10,436 bases of DNA from an uncultured Candidatus Midichloriaceae bacterium (GTDB lineage Bacteria; Pseudomonadota; Alphaproteobacteria; Rickettsiales; Midichloriaceae), in NCBI GenBank assembly GCA_964387585.1, contig CAYLWW010000056.1, positions 1-10,436 on the forward strand. Direction: 5' to 3'. Both the position numbers and the translations under genes were made by a program. The stretch's first letter is position 1. Each line of letters opens with the position of its first letter. Of the stretch, positions 7,808 through 10,436 are shown piece after piece. The notes under the pieces are model-generated. The model worked only from the letters and a program-made list of their open reading frames with translations, searched no databases and was not told the origin of the DNA.

Positions 7808-7975
7808 GCTAAACTATAAAAGCGCTATTATTAAAAATATATAACCTAAAAACCATAGTTAGATAATACTCTCATTAAAAACTAAATTAACTAAAGTCTA
7901 CACATATCATTATCTGATAATACTAATATCTCATTCTTATTATACTAAGATTAATCATGATAAACATATAGATTT

Positions 7976-8848
7976 TTATTTAAAATAAGTTAAAAAATCA
8001 CTATCTGATGACATCATAATACTGGTGGAATTTTTCAACATAGAAGCTTTATAAGCCTGCATTGAGCGATAAAAGTTAAAAAACTCAGGGTCTTGAGAAG
8101 TGGCAGCAGCAAATATAATTGAGGCTTCCGCTTCACCTTCACCTTTTGTCACATCTGATATTCCTTTAGCTTCTGCTAATATAACAACTTTTTCCCTATC
8201 GGTATTAGCTCGAATTCTTTGACCTTCTTCCACACCTAATGCTCGTATTTCAGTCGCTTCCTTAGCACGATCACTTCTCATACGGTCATAAACAGCATTC
8301 CTAGCTTTATCGGGTAAATTCACACGTGCTAACCTAAGGTCAATTACCTCAACACCAAAGGATTTAGCCTGCTTTCTTACTAAATCTACTATATGCTTCA
8401 CTACTTCAACTCTCTTGCTTCCCAGTACATCAGCAAAAGGAACCGTACCTATAACTTCCCTTATGCTTGACTCCATCACTGAAACTATCCTTAATTTAAA
8501 TCTTTCTTCGTCTAATACAGTTTGGTAAAACTTTAATTGGTCGACTATACGGTATTTAGCATAAGCATCTAATTTCATGGTTTTTTGATCCAATCCCATT
8601 ACTTCAATACTTTGTCCTTTTAGTGGGAATTTAGCAGTCTGAATACGCTTTTCAAAAAAAAGTACTTCTTGAATAAATGGAATACGCGCATGCAATCCTG
8701 GGTCCATAACTTGGCGTATAGGTTGACCAAATTGCACCACTAGAGCACATTGTCTCTGATCTACTATATATAAGCAATTTGCTAACATAACAGAAACAAT
8801 AATTATAACTACTATAGCACTAAAAAATATATTAGTATTGCGTTGCAT
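7976..8848 (-). CDS. hflC: Protease modulator HflC (SPFH/band-7 family; FtsH regulator)
   Basis: 290 aa. N-terminal TM anchor, then PGLHARIPFIQEV (compare E. coli HflC PGLHFKIPFIETV) and a C-terminus ...DPEFFNFYRSMQAYKASM...IMMSSDSDFLTYFK (compare E. coli DPDFYAFIRSLRAYENSF...MVMSPDSDFFRYM). The C-terminal pattern separates it from HflK. Confidence 0.85.
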   Translation of the reverse strand: MQRNTNIFFSAIVVIIIVSVMLANCLYIVDQRQCALVVQFGQPIRQVMDPGLHARIPFIQEVLFFEKRIQTAKFPLKGQSIEVMGLDQKTMKLDAYAKYRIVDQLKFYQTVLDEERFKLRIVSVMESSIREVIGTVPFADVLGSKRVEVVKHIVDLVRKQAKSFGVEVIDLRLARVNLPDKARNAVYDRMRSDRAKEATEIRALGVEEGQRIRANTDREKVVILAEAKGISDVTKGEGEAEASIIFAAATSQDPEFFNFYRSMQAYKASMLKNSTSIMMSSDSDFLTYFK

Positions 8849-9225
8849 ACGAGAAATTAATTTATACTTTTATTCAATGAATTTACTTTACTTTAATTAT
8901 CTTAATACCAGGTAAACCAATATACGTCAATTAGCCTTAATATAAACTTTCATAAATTAATTAGCTAACATAAAGCAAAAAATCAATTTACTTATTATTT
9001 TATAACATAATATATTGCTGTGATATCTTTTTATCGTTTTGTTAATTAAGCTTATTTTTTACCCTTACTTAGACTGCTTAAATATAGTATAAGTATAAAA
9101 AGCTTCACTCTATTTTTTTATTATCAATTTAATAAAAATTGTTAGCGATTATGACCTTAACCGAATTATAAAATTTTCATAGCTTATAAATAGGTTTCTT
9201 AAATTGTTTATAGTATTTTAATCAT

Positions 9226-10068
9226 ATGAACGCCACACTTTATCTAGTCGCTACACCAATAGGCAATTTAGCTGATATATCGTTTAGAGCTATCACTATA
9301 TTACAGCAAGTTCAATACATTTTCGCTGAAGATACAAGAGTTACTAGCAAGTTATTAACTCACCATAGTATAACTAAAAAAAAGTTAATGGTTTATAATG
9401 ATTACTCCAATATCAAAGATAGAGAAAAGATAGTCGAATTATTAGAAACGGGAAACGATATTGCTTTAGTAAGTGATGCAGGAACACCTCTAATTTCTGA
9501 TCCCGGCTATAAGTTAGTAAATTCAGCATTAGAACGAAAAATACTAGTAAAATCAATTCCAGGGCCATGCTCTATCATATCAGCTCTGACGATTAGTGGA
9601 TTGCCTACTAACAAATTTTCTTTCTTGGGTTTTTTGCCAGTGCAAAATCAACAAAGAATAAACCAATTGCAAAACGTTAAGAATTATGTTGGTACATTAA
9701 TTTTGTTTGAAAGCCCTTTTAGATTAGTCAATACCCTACAAAGCTGTTTATCTATATTAGGAAATAGAGAAGCTGTTATAGTACGCGAAATTACTAAAAT
9801 TTATGAAGAGACTAAAAGAGGGACTTTAGAGCAGCTATTATGCTATTACGAAGCCAATCAAGTAAAAGGGGAGTTGGTAATATTAATATCAGGAAAATTA
9901 GAAAACGAAGTTATAGGAATTGAAGAACAAGTGATTATCGAAAAAGCTTTAACAGATCTACTGGTTAATGTTCATCTTAAAGAAGCCGTTCAAGAAATCG
10001 CTTCAACTTATGGAATATCTAAGCGAGAAGTATATCAATTAGCGCTGAAAATAGATAAAAATATCTAG
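9226..10068 (+). CDS. rsmI: 16S rRNA (cytidine1402-2'-O)-methyltransferase RsmI (tetrapyrrole-methylase fold)
   Basis: 280 aa. The N-terminus LYLVATPIGNLADISFRAITILQQV...AEDTR is the conserved RsmI start. LVSDAGTPLISDPG and GPCSIISAL match the RsmI/TP-methylase motifs. Transcribed divergently from hflC. Confidence 0.88.
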   Translation: MNATLYLVATPIGNLADISFRAITILQQVQYIFAEDTRVTSKLLTHHSITKKKLMVYNDYSNIKDREKIVELLETGNDIALVSDAGTPLISDPGYKLVNSALERKILVKSIPGPCSIISALTISGLPTNKFSFLGFLPVQNQQRINQLQNVKNYVGTLILFESPFRLVNTLQSCLSILGNREAVIVREITKIYEETKRGTLEQLLCYYEANQVKGELVILISGKLENEVIGIEEQVIIEKALTDLLVNVHLKEAVQEIASTYGISKREVYQLALKIDKNI

Positions 10069-10417
10069 CATACCGCTTTATAGCTAGTTCTTTATAATTC
10101 TGGTATGCGTTACTCGGATCCTCATGTTAGGTTTTACTACACTACTCTTCTTCGCTCTATTGCTAAAATTCAAAATTAAAATACTTTAGCTATATCTTAA
10201 CGCACCCTTTTTATTAGGGCATTGTTACGACTTCTAACATTGAACTGGTGTGGTTTATACAAGCAATACTAAATCCCATAGAGCGACCCATTTAATAACG
10301 TTTTAACTCGAATTCAGGTAACTTTATAAAAATAGATAATACTTTGCGGTTGATAAATTTTTAATTATCCATATTTACTCCTAACCCCAATAATGGATTA
10401 GGAAGGAGTTAAGAGAG

Positions 10418-10436
10418 ATGTTTTGGGGATATTTTT
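10418..10436 (+). CDS. Probable 5' end of an unidentified gene running off the window (MFWGYF...). A strong SD, GGAAGGAG (10401-10408), sits 9 nt upstream of the ATG.
   Basis: Read directly. This is one of the best SD/spacing combinations in the window. Only 19 nt of coding sequence are visible, so no product can be assigned. Confidence 0.3.

Noticed and set aside
8849-9225. 377-nt divergent hflC/rsmI intergenic region as a hiding place for a small protein or degraded hflK
   Set aside because: Every ATG on both strands hits a stop within 12 codons or fewer. It is far too short, with no residual similarity, to be an hflK remnant. It is best read as a shared divergent promoter region, though an sRNA cannot be excluded from sequence alone.
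10124-10189. 21-codon hydrophobic small ORF (MLGFTTLLFFALLLKFKIKIL) inside the ORF-free tract
   Set aside because: No ribosome-binding site (tcggatcctcATG). It is very short and its hydrophobicity is what T-rich sequence produces by default. Ribosome profiling could revisit it, but the sequence gives no support.
10261-10290. tRNA-like 3' end (…aaatcccatagagcgaccca, ending in CCA)
   Set aside because: No TTCRANT T-loop. No matching 7-bp acceptor 5' strand could be found upstream. No D-arm consensus on either strand.
10395-10413. ggaaggaag-like stretch resembling the conserved SRP (4.5S) RNA domain IV motif GGAAGGAAGCAGC
   Set aside because: Only ggaaggag matches. It sits 9 nt upstream of an ATG with ideal SD spacing, so it is much more simply a ribosome-binding site. 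The flanking sequence does not follow the SRP RNA helix 8 pattern.
1-10436. Possibility that this is an organellar (mitochondrial) fragment, given the nad2/4/4L/5/6-equivalent genes plus rps/rpl genes
   Set aside because: hflC and rsmI are not encoded in any mitochondrial genome I know of. The bacterial SD sequences, the sigma70 promoter and the intrinsic terminators indicate a free-standing bacterial, likely endosymbiont-type, genome.

Overview
This window is an AT-rich, gene-dense housekeeping locus from a bacterium (roughly 30% GC by eye). Most genes are on the minus strand. Its gene content and gene order resemble a reduced alphaproteobacterial genome of the Rickettsiales kind; that placement is inference and has not been verified. 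On the minus strand it carries rpsT, the rplM-rpsI operon, the distal NADH:quinone oxidoreductase genes nuoJ-nuoK-nuoL-nuoM-nuoN (nuoK overlapping nuoJ in an ATGA arrangement), and hflC. A divergently transcribed rsmI lies on the plus strand. It ends with a 350-nt ORF-free tract, followed by a probable gene start at 10418 with a strong Shine-Dalgarno sequence. Every long ORF has a confident, conserved housekeeping assignment. I see no mobile elements, CRISPR arrays, toxin or defence-like genes, or accessory-island signatures. What I can see that a plain gene list would miss is small-scale. There is a bidirectional intrinsic terminator built from a thrice-repeated 8-bp motif. There is a perfect 19-bp palindrome downstream of rpsT. 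There is a near-consensus sigma70-type promoter, overlapped by a 13-bp palindrome, upstream of rplM. A GC-containing hairpin sits in the rpsT leader. hflC is orphaned, with no hflK partner upstream. The nuo cluster is truncated, so that nuoJ follows hflC rather than nuoI. The ORF-free tract after rsmI is unusually GC-rich and contains a long-range inverted repeat. I do not find convincing evidence of a novel biological system here. The findings below are modest and are scored that way.
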